Made by a program: the position numbers and the translations under genes. Shown one piece after another: positions 15,390-24,895 of a stretch of DNA of 35,120 nucleotides. Under the pieces are notes generated by a model. That model had not been told where the DNA came from, searched no databases, and worked only from the letters and a program-made list of their open reading frames with translations. Numbering within the stretch: position 1 is the first letter of the stretch; each line of letters begins with the position of its first letter. This DNA comes from a virus (taxonomy: Duplodnaviria; Caudoviricetes): positions 1 to 35,120 of IMG/VR virus record IMGVR_UViG_3300020043_000969. The stretch is one strand, 5' to 3'.

Positions 15390-17428
15390 TGGATGAAGGC
15401 ACACTAAAAGGCATACTCGATGCCGAGATAGATAACGCTATTGGCTTTATCGAGAGTGAAACTACAGATGACCGTAGGAAAGCCCTTGAATACTACAATC
15501 GTTACGAATACGGCAATGAAGTAGAAGGTCGTAGCCAAATCGTTACAGGCGAAGTAGCCGAGGTAGTCGATGGTGCGTTGCCACAACTACTGCGTATCTT
15601 CACACAGTCAGACGAGATTGTGCGCTTTGAGCCTAAAGGCCCAGGCGATGAAGAAAAAGCAAAGCAGGCCACAGAGTATGTCAATTGGGTAATGAATCGT
15701 GATAACGATGGCGTACTGCTAATGCACAATTGGTTTAAGGATGCGCTCTTGCAAAAGAACGGAATCGTTAAAGTCTATTGGGATGAGAAGATTGATGTCA
15801 GCAAAGAGAAGTATCAGAATCTTACTCAAGACGAAGTGGCAATGCTGCTGAATGATCCAGAGGTAGAAGTAGTAAACCAAAAGACTACAGAGGTAGCTCC
15901 GGCAGGTGTAGATGAGATGGGGATGATGATTCCACCTATCTTCTCTTACGATGTTAAGCTCAAAAAGACTAAGAAAACTGGTAAGGTAATTGTAGAGAAT
16001 GTACCGCCAGAGGAGTTCTTGATCTCCAAGAAGGCTAGGACTATTGCTGATGCGCCATTTGTAGCCCATAGAAGGCTTGCTACTCGCTCAGAATTAACTG
16101 CAATGGGATTTGATAAGGATGTTATTGATAACCTTCCTACCTATGCCGACCTAACCTATAACCAAGAGAATGTGGCTCGTTTCGATCAGGGTGAGCAGCC
16201 AAGCGATCAGGCAAGCCTAGATTTCTCTATGCAAGAGATCGAGGTAATGGAAGTCTATATCAAGGTAGACTTTGATGGCGATGGAATTGCTGAGTTGCGT
16301 AAGATTACCTATGCTGGAACGGAGATCCTTGATAACGAGGAGGCAGACTTTGTGCCATTCTGTTCCGTATGCCCTATCCCTATGCCGCACAAGTTCTTTG
16401 GTCATAGCCTAGCAGATCGAGCAGTAGACCTACAACTGATTAAATCTACAGTTACTCGTCAGATCCTAGACAATCTATACATGACCAATAGCCCAAGAAT
16501 GGGTGTAGTTGAAGGCCAAGTAAACCTAGATGATCTATTAACCGTTACAGCTAATGGCATAGTGCGTATGAAAAATACGCAGGCCATCATCCCATTGACA
16601 GTACCACCAACTGCAAGCCAATCATTCCCATTATTGGAATACTTGGATTCTGTACAGGCTAAGAGAACTGGTGTATCCGATCAGATGAATGGCCTTAATC
16701 CAGATGTGCTACAAAACAGCACAGCAACGGCAGTAGCCATGATGCAGAACAGCGCAGCAGGCAAGGTAGAGTTAATTGCTAGGGTATTTGCTGAAACAGG
16801 CGTAAAAGACCTATTCCAAAAGATTCTACAATTACTCTGCAAGTACCAAGATAAAGAGCGTATTGTGCGTTTGCGTGGCAAGTATGTATCCATTGATCCT
16901 AGAGAGTGGACTAATGGCTTTGACATCTCTATCAATGTCGGTCTAGGCACAGGCAACAAGCAAGAGCAGATGGCTATGATTGCTATGGTATTAGGCAAGC
17001 AAGAAGAAATCCTCAAGACTGTAGGCATTAATAATCCATTGGTAAGCCTTACAAACTACAGACAGACATTAGGTCGGTTTATTGAGGCTGCTGGCTTTAA
17101 GGACTCTAACGAGTTCTTCCTAGAGATTACTCCAGAGCAAGAGCAAATGATGGCACAGCAAGGCCAACAACAGGGTCAGCAACAAGATCCAGCAATCGAG
17201 GCTTATGTAGCTCAGATGCAGGCTAAGATGGCAGCAGATAACGCCAAGGCAGAGAACGATATTCAGATTGCCCAGGTTAAGGCAGAGGCTCAGATCAGAC
17301 TCAAGCAGCAAGAGTTTGAGATGACTATGGCACTTAAAAAGCAGGAGTTTGAGTACGAGGCTCAGTTAAAGGCATTGCAACTAGGCGCAAAACTATCACC
17401 AACGGCTAATATTCCTAATGTCATATAA
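15389..17428 (+). CDS. Portal protein (P22-like, with C-terminal coiled-coil barrel)
   Basis: ~680 aa after terL; DALLQKNGIVK; Gln-rich helical tail; TAATG-coupled start. Confidence 0.92.
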   Translation: MDEGTLKGILDAEIDNAIGFIESETTDDRRKALEYYNRYEYGNEVEGRSQIVTGEVAEVVDGALPQLLRIFTQSDEIVRFEPKGPGDEEKAKQATEYVNWVMNRDNDGVLLMHNWFKDALLQKNGIVKVYWDEKIDVSKEKYQNLTQDEVAMLLNDPEVEVVNQKTTEVAPAGVDEMGMMIPPIFSYDVKLKKTKKTGKVIVENVPPEEFLISKKARTIADAPFVAHRRLATRSELTAMGFDKDVIDNLPTYADLTYNQENVARFDQGEQPSDQASLDFSMQEIEVMEVYIKVDFDGDGIAELRKITYAGTEILDNEEADFVPFCSVCPIPMPHKFFGHSLADRAVDLQLIKSTVTRQILDNLYMTNSPRMGVVEGQVNLDDLLTVTANGIVRMKNTQAIIPLTVPPTASQSFPLLEYLDSVQAKRTGVSDQMNGLNPDVLQNSTATAVAMMQNSAAGKVELIARVFAETGVKDLFQKILQLLCKYQDKERIVRLRGKYVSIDPREWTNGFDISINVGLGTGNKQEQMAMIAMVLGKQEEILKTVGINNPLVSLTNYRQTLGRFIEAAGFKDSNEFFLEITPEQEQMMAQQGQQQGQQQDPAIEAYVAQMQAKMAADNAKAENDIQIAQVKAEAQIRLKQQEFEMTMALKKQEFEYEAQLKALQLGAKLSPTANIPNVI

Positions 17429-17654
17429 CAAGGCAGAACGGGCTAGAGCCTATTTATCAGATGAGTTCTTTCTAGAACTTGTTGAAAGTCAAAAACTGTT
17501 GTATTCTAACAACATATTTGGCAGTAACGAATACGATGTAGAAGTGCGAGAAAAGAACTTTCTCAAACTTAAAGTGATGGATGAATTTATAGCGACAATC
17601 CAAGCATTAGCTGATGATAAGCAAATTGCAGAGAAACGCTGGAAGATTTTATAA
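17418..17654 (+). CDS. Head-module hypothetical protein
   Basis: Between portal and scaffold. Confidence 0.75.
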   Translation: MSYNKAERARAYLSDEFFLELVESQKLLYSNNIFGSNEYDVEVREKNFLKLKVMDEFIATIQALADDKQIAEKRWKIL

Positions 17655-17675
17655 CCACCTTAAAAGGTAAACAAC

Positions 17676-18635
17676 ATGAGTGAAAACACCAATCCTGTAG
17701 AGGGAAGTGTTAATACAGTAAATGATGCGGCTAACGCATTTTTGTCTATGATGGATTCACCAGAGGAGAAAGCGCAAGCTCAATCGCAATCTGAAGAATC
17801 GGAAGTATCGGATTCAGACGAATCCTACGAAGATGAAAGTGCGGAAGAAACTGTAGAGTATGAGGATGAGCCTCCTGCAACAAAGACATTCAGAGTCAAA
17901 GTTGGCAATGAAGAAGTCGAAGTTTCAGAAGATGAACTCCTAAGTGGCTACAGTAGGACAGCAGACTATACTAAAAAGACTCAGGCTTTGGCTGAAACTC
18001 GTAAGGCTGTAGAGGCCGAAAGAGGGCAGGTCGAAGAAGCTAAGAAGATGCGTGATCTTTACGCACAACGCTTAGAGGCTATCGAGAGTGTTCTACAAAG
18101 CCAAAACTCTGTAGAGAACTTGCAAGAGCTAAAGGAAACCGATCCTATTGGTTATGCAATAGCGGTAGCAGAGCGTAGTGAAAAAGAAAAGCAACTTCAA
18201 GCTGTACAAGCTGAAAGACAGAATCTTGCTAAACAGCAGGATGCCGACAGACAGCAAGCACTACAGAAACATCTTGCAGAGGCAGCAGAACAACTGAAAG
18301 AGGCGATTCCAGAGTTTAGGGATGCCGCTAAAGCTGAAATTGTGCGTAGGGACATTCGTACTTATGCAAAATCAATCGGATTTAGCGACCAAGAACTAGC
18401 TCAAGTGTATGACCCCAGAGCAGTTAAAACGCTATACAACGCAATGATGTACGAAAAGCTATCAGGCAATAAGGGTGCAGCCGTCAAAAAAGTACAGGAT
18501 GCGCCAAAGGTACTAAAGTCTGGAACTTCCAATCCTGGCAGTTCACAGAATGAACAGATGAAAAAGCAGTTTACTCGCCTCCAAAAGACCGGCAAGAAAG
18601 CTGATGCAGCAAAACTTTTTGAACAATTTATTTAA
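17676..18635 (+). CDS. Capsid scaffolding protein
   Basis: Acidic N-terminus, VKVGNEEVEV..EL..GY.R.ADYTKKTQ.LA, coiled coil; precedes capsid gene. Confidence 0.9.
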   Translation: MSENTNPVEGSVNTVNDAANAFLSMMDSPEEKAQAQSQSEESEVSDSDESYEDESAEETVEYEDEPPATKTFRVKVGNEEVEVSEDELLSGYSRTADYTKKTQALAETRKAVEAERGQVEEAKKMRDLYAQRLEAIESVLQSQNSVENLQELKETDPIGYAIAVAERSEKEKQLQAVQAERQNLAKQQDADRQQALQKHLAEAAEQLKEAIPEFRDAAKAEIVRRDIRTYAKSIGFSDQELAQVYDPRAVKTLYNAMMYEKLSGNKGAAVKKVQDAPKVLKSGTSNPGSSQNEQMKKQFTRLQKTGKKADAAKLFEQFI

Positions 18636-18646
18636 GGAATTAAATC

Positions 18647-19591
18647 ATGGCAACATATCAAACCTATACCTCGATTGGTAATCGGGAAGACCTTTCGGAT
18701 GTTATTTATTCGATTTCACCAACAGATACCCCAATCATGTCATCTATTGGCAAGACCAAGGCAACTGCTGTTTATCACGAGTGGCAGACTGACTCATTGG
18801 CAGCTAACACTACTGCTAACGCATTAGTTGAAGGTGCAACTGCATCTGACATTACTGTTTCTCCTACAACTCGTTTGGGTAACTATACCCAAATCGTTGG
18901 TAAGACAGTTATGGTTTCCGGCACTTTGGAAGCAGTAGACAAGGCTGGTCGTAAGTCTGAGAAGGCTTATCAATTGGCTAAAGTATCCTCAGAGATCAAG
19001 CGTGACATGGAAACCATCATCACGGCTAACCAAGGTCAATCTGCTGGTAACGCCTCTACAGCTCGTACATTAGGCGCTTTGCTCTCATACATTAAGAGCA
19101 ACACAAGCAAGAATGGTACTGCTACTACCGGTGTAGACCCAGTAACTATCGGTGTTTCTACTCGTACAGATGGTACAACTCGTACCTTCACAGAAGCAAT
19201 GCTCAAGACTGTTATTGCCTCTGTATTCTCTGCTGGTGGTACACCTTCAGCTCTGTTTGTTAGCCCAACACAAAAGCAGGTAGTTTCTGGCTTTACTGGT
19301 TTGGCTGCACAACGCTACCAAGTGCCTACTTCTGGTCAAGCGACAATCTTAGCTGGTGCTGATCTTTATCAGTCCGACTTTGGCGTATTGTCAATCGTTC
19401 CAGATCGTTTCATGCGTAGCCGTGATGCTCTGATCCTTGATCCTGAGTATGCAGCATTGGCTTTCTTACGCCCATTCCAAACAAACGAGTTAGCTCGTGT
19501 TGGTGATGCAGAAAAGACACAAATCTTGGCTGAGTTCACTTTGGAAGTTCGTAACGAAGCTGCACATGGCGGTGTTTTCGATCTGTCATAA
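18647..19591 (+). CDS. Major capsid protein (DUF5309-like)
   Basis: NREDLSDVI..ISPTDTP, HEWQTD.L, NYTQI, EFTLEVRNEAAHG. Confidence 0.93.
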   Translation: MATYQTYTSIGNREDLSDVIYSISPTDTPIMSSIGKTKATAVYHEWQTDSLAANTTANALVEGATASDITVSPTTRLGNYTQIVGKTVMVSGTLEAVDKAGRKSEKAYQLAKVSSEIKRDMETIITANQGQSAGNASTARTLGALLSYIKSNTSKNGTATTGVDPVTIGVSTRTDGTTRTFTEAMLKTVIASVFSAGGTPSALFVSPTQKQVVSGFTGLAAQRYQVPTSGQATILAGADLYQSDFGVLSIVPDRFMRSRDALILDPEYAALAFLRPFQTNELARVGDAEKTQILAEFTLEVRNEAAHGGVFDLS

Positions 19592-19603
19592 GTAATGTAG
19601 AAT

Positions 19604-19632
19604 AAGGGGATTGGGAAACTGATCCCCTTTTT
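19604..19632 (+). terminator. Rho-independent terminator after capsid gene
   Basis: AAGGGGATTGG-GAAA-CTGATCCCCTT followed by T-run. Confidence 0.85.
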
Positions 19633-19644
19633 CTAGGAGAATGT

Positions 19645-19989
19645 ATGTCTGATCTCGGTAAACGAGGAAATCTCGGTGTAGTAGATGGAGTTATCCGTAC
19701 TGCATACGCAGATGGTGATGGTGGAATAGTTATTAAATCAGAAGTAGATTTAACCGATTTTACGGATCACACGAAAGAACAATTTAATGCTAGAAGTGGT
19801 AAAACAGGTTGGGGTGATAGTGTATATGACCCTAAAAATAAAATTGCTTCATTGCCTGCTGAGATTATTAACTCTCTCAACAAAGAAGGCATAATGCGTG
19901 GCTACCACATACTAGACCAAAAGGCTTTAGTAAAGTGGTTGAATAACCCTGACAACAGAGTATTCCGTACAAGGGGTGGCACAGTATGA
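19645..19989 (+). CDS. Conserved hypothetical protein downstream of capsid gene
   Basis: KWLNNPDNRVFRT C-terminus; AGGAG RBS. Confidence 0.8.
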   Translation: MSDLGKRGNLGVVDGVIRTAYADGDGGIVIKSEVDLTDFTDHTKEQFNARSGKTGWGDSVYDPKNKIASLPAEIINSLNKEGIMRGYHILDQKALVKWLNNPDNRVFRTRGGTV

Positions 19990-20615
19990 GGATAGGTATC
20001 TGCGTTCCAGCAAGAGGGCAAGTAGAAATATCCACATCGTTTGACTTATCTGCATTAGTTAATTACACAGCAAAACAGACGAAACACGATATTAATCTGT
20101 ACACATCTACAGGCACACTAATATTCGATCAACGCAATGCGTTAGTAGACTCTGTTATTAATGAGCGATGTGATTACCTAATGTTTATAGATGCTGATAT
20201 GCGCTTTCCAAAAGATGCGCTTGTTCGCCTTTTAAAGCATAATAAAGACATTGTTGGCGTAAACGCTACGACTCGATCAGAGCCAGTAAAGCCTACTGCC
20301 AAGAACATTAATTATGAGGAAGATGGTTCTGTATCTTGGCTGCCGGTATATTCCAATGTTAAAAAAGGAATAGAGAAGGTAGATGCCATAGGGTGCGGTG
20401 TCATTCTCATTAAAAACTCAGCATTTAAGAAAATAGAAAAGCCTTACTTCTACTTTGAGCAATTGCCCAATGGGAAGTTATTAGGTGAAGATGTTTACTT
20501 TTGCATTAAAGCGAAAGATGCAGGAATAGATACTTATGTAGATCACGATCTCTCAATGGAGATAGGCCACATAGGTAATTACACATACGGCTGGCATAAT
20601 ATTGAGGTGTCCTAA
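19986..20615 (+). CDS. Glycosyltransferase-like protein, GT2/GT-A fold
   Basis: QRN.L, FIDADM (DxD), GCGVILI, GEDVYFC, IGHIG. Confidence 0.85.
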   Translation: MRIGICVPARGQVEISTSFDLSALVNYTAKQTKHDINLYTSTGTLIFDQRNALVDSVINERCDYLMFIDADMRFPKDALVRLLKHNKDIVGVNATTRSEPVKPTAKNINYEEDGSVSWLPVYSNVKKGIEKVDAIGCGVILIKNSAFKKIEKPYFYFEQLPNGKLLGEDVYFCIKAKDAGIDTYVDHDLSMEIGHIGNYTYGWHNIEVS

Positions 20616-21235
20616 TGGGCTTTGCAACATACACAGAACTAAAGACTTCTATAGCCAACTATCTAGGTCGATCCGATTTAACAGCAGTCATCCCTGACTT
20701 TATTACCTTTGCAGAGATTCGCCTGGCTAGAGAAATCCGCACTCGCCAAACTCTCAAGGTTGCTACAGCAACAATGACGGCTGGTGATTCTACTGTTGGT
20801 TTGCCTACAGACTTCTTAGAGATGCGAGATATATTTACCCAAGGCAATCCAAGAAACACGATTAGCTATTTATCGCCTTCTTTGTTCTCTCGCAATGCTA
20901 GGGCTGGTGAGTCTGGTCTGCCGGTGTACTACACAATTATTGGTTCTGAAATCCAATTTGCTCCTGTGCCGGATTCTGCTTATGTTGTAGAGATGCTTTA
21001 TTACTACAAGCCAACGCCATTATCTGCAAGTGTAGCTACAAATGACTATCTAGCTAACTTCCCAGATGCCTTGCTTTACGCATCCTTGGCAGAGGCAGAG
21101 CCTTATCTTATGAACGATGCCAGAGTGCAAACTTGGGCTACCTTATACGATAGAGCAACTTCTGATATTAACGGCTCAGACGAAAGCTCAGAGTACGCTG
21201 GAGTACCGCTAACAATGCAATTAACCTCACGATAG
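20615..21235 (+). CDS. Head-tail adaptor (P22 gp4 / T7 gp11-like)
   Basis: TYTELK..IA.YL.R.DL...IPDFI..AE, FAPVPD, PDALLY; position. Confidence 0.8.
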   Translation: MGFATYTELKTSIANYLGRSDLTAVIPDFITFAEIRLAREIRTRQTLKVATATMTAGDSTVGLPTDFLEMRDIFTQGNPRNTISYLSPSLFSRNARAGESGLPVYYTIIGSEIQFAPVPDSAYVVEMLYYYKPTPLSASVATNDYLANFPDALLYASLAEAEPYLMNDARVQTWATLYDRATSDINGSDESSEYAGVPLTMQLTSR

Positions 21236-21242
21236 GATTATC

Positions 21243-21632
21243 ATGTCTGCAATTTCAAACTACCTAGAGAACGCATTAATTAACGCTACTCTACGCAATA
21301 CAACTTTTACATCCCCAGCAACAGTCTATGCTGCCTTATTTACTTCTGATCCAACAGAGGCAGGATCAGGCACAGAATGTACTGGCACAGGCTACACTCG
21401 CAAGGCCATCACCTTTGCTGCTCCTTCTAATGGAGTAACAACCAACTCTGCTGCTGCCGTTGAGTTTGACCAGGCTACAGGATCATGGGGAACGATTACC
21501 CACTTTGCTATTTTTGATGCCTTAACAACTGGCAATATGTTGTACTATGGCGCACTAACTACATCCAAGACCATAGCAGACGGAGATGTATTTAAGTTTG
21601 CTACATCTAGCGTTTCCGTAACTTTAGCGTAA
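21243..21632 (+). CDS. Virion structural protein
   Basis: Thr/Ala-rich beta protein, WGTITHFAIFDA..GN.L motif. Confidence 0.75.
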   Translation: MSAISNYLENALINATLRNTTFTSPATVYAALFTSDPTEAGSGTECTGTGYTRKAITFAAPSNGVTTNSAAAVEFDQATGSWGTITHFAIFDALTTGNMLYYGALTTSKTIADGDVFKFATSSVSVTLA

Positions 21633-21641
21633 GGCTAAACC

Positions 21642-23324
21642 ATGTCCACTATTGTTACCAGATCAGGTAAGGGATCTCCTTTAACCCATGTAGAAGTAGA
21701 TGCTAACTTTAATAACCTTAATACAGACAAAGTAGAAAAGACTGCTGCTGCCATCACAGGCGGCACAATCAATGGCACTACTATTGGTGCTACTTCGGCA
21801 ACTACAGGTAAATTTAGTACATTAGAAGCCACAGGAAATTCTACGCTTGGCACAGGTTCTAGCCAATATATTCAAGTTGAAGGCGGTGCAACAGCAGTTT
21901 TACTATCTGCTCAAGGTGCTGGTACAAATATTCCATTAGCTTTACAGCCTAAAGGAACAGGCGCATTACAAGCACAAGCTACTACATCTACTACAGCAGG
22001 TGGTAATGCTAGGGGTGCTAATGCTGTTGATTGGCAGACTATCCGTTACAACGCTGTTCATGTTGCTTCTTCTAGTCAAGCAGTAATAGCAGGTGGTAAT
22101 TCTAATACGGCAAGTGGAACACGAAGTTTTGTAGGAAGTGGATACAACAATACAGCATCAGGCACAGATTCTGTTTTAGGCGGTGGGTTTATAAATACTA
22201 CATCAGGAGTTTATGCCTCTGTAATAAGTGGATATGCAAATACAGCATCAGGATATTACGGATTTGTTGGTAATGGGTTTACAAACTCTACAACTTCAAA
22301 TTCAGCAGTAACCACCCAAAGCGGTACGATGAACGCTACCACAGCCGTAACGCTATCGGGCTCAAACGCATCAATTAAAGTTGGTCAATACATCACAGGC
22401 ACATCTATTGCTAGTGATACCTATGTAGCCGCCATTAGTGGAACATCCTTAACTTTAAGCAAAATAGCATCAGGTTCATCTACAAGCACTCTATCTTTCT
22501 TTACTCCTCATGGAGTAGTAGTAGGCGGTGGTAATAACCAAGCTACAGGTAGTTATTCATTTATCGGTGGTGGTGGTGATGCTGGTACTGCGGCTAATAG
22601 GAATGTGGCTAGTGGGGATTGGTCTGTAGTGGCTGGTGGTTGGAAAAATGTAGCATCTGGTGAAGCGTCATTTATTGGCGGTGGTGGCTCTTTTGGGGGC
22701 GGTGTAGCTGGAAATACTGCGTCTGGCACTTCTTCTGTAGTATGTGGCGGTTACAGTAATGTAAGTTCTGGGACATCTTCTGCAATTGGTGGCGGTAATA
22801 ATAATACGGCTTCAGGAACTAGAAGCACAGTTGTTGGTGGCACTTATGCAACTACAAGAGGAATTACGGGAAACACAATATTAGGAACTCCTGATAGGTC
22901 TATAGCAGGTTCTGCTGGTGTTTCTCAAGCTGGTTTACTTGTATTAGGAGTGCAAACTACCGATGCAACTGCTACAGCATTGCGTTCTAGCACAGCAGCC
23001 GCAGGAACAACAAACCAAGTAATACTACCTAACAACTCCGCTTACTTCTTTAGAGGTGAAGTGGTATCAGGCGTAACTGGTGGTGGTAACACTAAAGGGT
23101 GGACTATTGAGGGTGTTATTAAACGAGGTGCTAATGCGGCATCTACAGCCTTGGTCGGTACTCCTACAGTTACTTCCATGTACGCTGATGTAGGTGCGGC
23201 TACTTGGGCTATTGCTGTAACAGCAGATACAACCAATGGTGGATTAAGAGTTACTTTTACAGGGCAAGCTAGTACGACTATCAGAACTGTATGTTCTATA
23301 AGAAGTACGGAAATGACCTTTTGA
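21642..23324 (+). CDS. Tail fibre / receptor-binding protein with Gly-rich beta-roll repeats
   Basis: R..KGSPLT..EVDANF anchor; repeated GGxxNxASGxxSxV units. Confidence 0.85.
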   Translation: MSTIVTRSGKGSPLTHVEVDANFNNLNTDKVEKTAAAITGGTINGTTIGATSATTGKFSTLEATGNSTLGTGSSQYIQVEGGATAVLLSAQGAGTNIPLALQPKGTGALQAQATTSTTAGGNARGANAVDWQTIRYNAVHVASSSQAVIAGGNSNTASGTRSFVGSGYNNTASGTDSVLGGGFINTTSGVYASVISGYANTASGYYGFVGNGFTNSTTSNSAVTTQSGTMNATTAVTLSGSNASIKVGQYITGTSIASDTYVAAISGTSLTLSKIASGSSTSTLSFFTPHGVVVGGGNNQATGSYSFIGGGGDAGTAANRNVASGDWSVVAGGWKNVASGEASFIGGGGSFGGGVAGNTASGTSSVVCGGYSNVSSGTSSAIGGGNNNTASGTRSTVVGGTYATTRGITGNTILGTPDRSIAGSAGVSQAGLLVLGVQTTDATATALRSSTAAAGTTNQVILPNNSAYFFRGEVVSGVTGGGNTKGWTIEGVIKRGANAASTALVGTPTVTSMYADVGAATWAIAVTADTTNGGLRVTFTGQASTTIRTVCSIRSTEMTF

Positions 23325-24013
23325 TGCGTAAGCCAAGAATAGAAACCAAGCCCCGCAAGACTAGATTGACTTGTGAAAATGCCCATTTAACTAGAGATAA
23401 ACAATGGTTAGAGGCTAGGTATTTTGACGACAACTTATCTTTGGCTAAAATTGCAAAATTAATACCTTGCAGCACTAGAGGTATTCATCGTTGTTTTGTA
23501 AGGCTTGAAATACCTTTTAAACCAAAACACATTACCTATGGCGAAATAAATTTAAACCCAGCCAAAGGTGAACGCAATGGTAATTGGAAAGGTGGTTTGC
23601 CTAAATGTATTGATTGCACAAAATTGGTTAGTGCTAAAGGTTACGAAAGATGCAAGGAATGCGCTTCCAAATATTATCGTGGCGAACAACATCATTCATG
23701 GAAGCCAGCAGACCAGTGCGTAGGCGGTGAAGTATGGAAAATTAGAAATTCCATTGAGTACAAAGAATGGCGAATTAAAGTGTGGTCTAGGGATAAAAAC
23801 AAATGTAGAGTATGCGGAATCCGCAACGACCCAATGGTAGCCCACCACCTAGACGGATTTAATATATTTCCTGAGAAGCGTTTTGATGTAGATAATGGCG
23901 TTACTTTATGCGATAGACACCACATTGCTTTTCATACAAACTACGGCTTTGGCAATAATACTAAGTCCCAGTTTGAGGAATATTTGGCAACCACAACTGA
24001 AATGACATTCTAA
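23324..24013 (+). mobile_element. Free-standing HNH homing endonuclease
   Basis: KGERNGNWKGG (NUMOD-like), CxxC pairs, CRVCG...HH...NGVTLC..HH...H; TGATG-coupled start. Confidence 0.88.
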
Positions 24014-24023
24014 GGAGATTTAC

Positions 24024-24290
24024 ATGGCACTAAAACTAGCAGTAGAAACCCAATTTGGCGTACCAGCCCCCGAAGCCTACGCTCGAATCACGAACTTCTT
24101 TGGTACAAAAGACCAAATCCAAGTTCAAGTTGCAATCTATTACAACGAAGATGCTCGGCATGGCAACATGGCTACCGTTAAAGAAAACGCACATTACATC
24201 GCTATGGAAGATTTAGAAGGCGATTTAATCCCTGCAATCTACGAAGTATTAAAGACTTTTAGCGATTACGCTGGTGCAGAGGACTGCTAG
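24024..24290 (+). CDS. Small acidic fibre-associated protein (possible chaperone)
   Basis: Follows the fibre gene; AAGGAG RBS. Confidence 0.65.
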   Translation: MALKLAVETQFGVPAPEAYARITNFFGTKDQIQVQVAIYYNEDARHGNMATVKENAHYIAMEDLEGDLIPAIYEVLKTFSDYAGAEDC

Positions 24291-24895
24291 TGGCCTTTGC
24301 AGATCAATATGTCGTATATGGTTATTGGGAATACGATTATTGCGTAGGAGATGTATTAGCAACAGATGGTGCTGGCTCGATTGATGGCATAGGAACTATA
24401 AGCGGTAATCCTATAGCGGTATTTGCTGGTAATGGATCAATTAACGGTATTGGTTCTACATCTGGCGATGGCATTAGGATGGCATTGGGTGGCGGTTCTA
24501 TTAACGGAGTTGGAACAGTAGTATCAGAAGGAATAAGGCAAGCATTAGGCGCTGGATCTATCGATGGCATAGGATCAATAAATGGCCTTGGAAACTTTAC
24601 TGCTAGTGGAAACGGATCAATCATAGGATTGGGAACAGTTTTAGTAAATGGCAATGCAGTATTTTCTGCTAACTCATCTATAAATGGAATCGGTACAATA
24701 GTAGTTATTGGGTATCGAATTGGTGAGGAGTGGAGCAATTCTAGTGTAGGATCTAATACATGGACTGCTGCATCAGTTACCGGCAACAACTGGACAAATA
24801 AAAATACAGGCAGTAATACTTGGACACCTTCTAGCGTTACAAGTAACAATTGGACAAATAAATCAACGGGAAGTAATACATGGCTACCTCAATAG
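24290..24895 (+). CDS. Repeat-rich virion protein
   Basis: Six 20-aa xGSIxGIG repeats, then Trp every 10 aa. Confidence 0.75.
   Translation: MAFADQYVVYGYWEYDYCVGDVLATDGAGSIDGIGTISGNPIAVFAGNGSINGIGSTSGDGIRMALGGGSINGVGTVVSEGIRQALGAGSIDGIGSINGLGNFTASGNGSIIGLGTVLVNGNAVFSANSSINGIGTIVVIGYRIGEEWSNSSVGSNTWTAASVTGNNWTNKNTGSNTWTPSSVTSNNWTNKSTGSNTWLPQ

Noticed and set aside
23324-24013. Group I intron carrying the HNH
   Set aside because: The ORF fills the insertion end to end, leaving no room for a ribozyme core, and the fibre gene has its own stop
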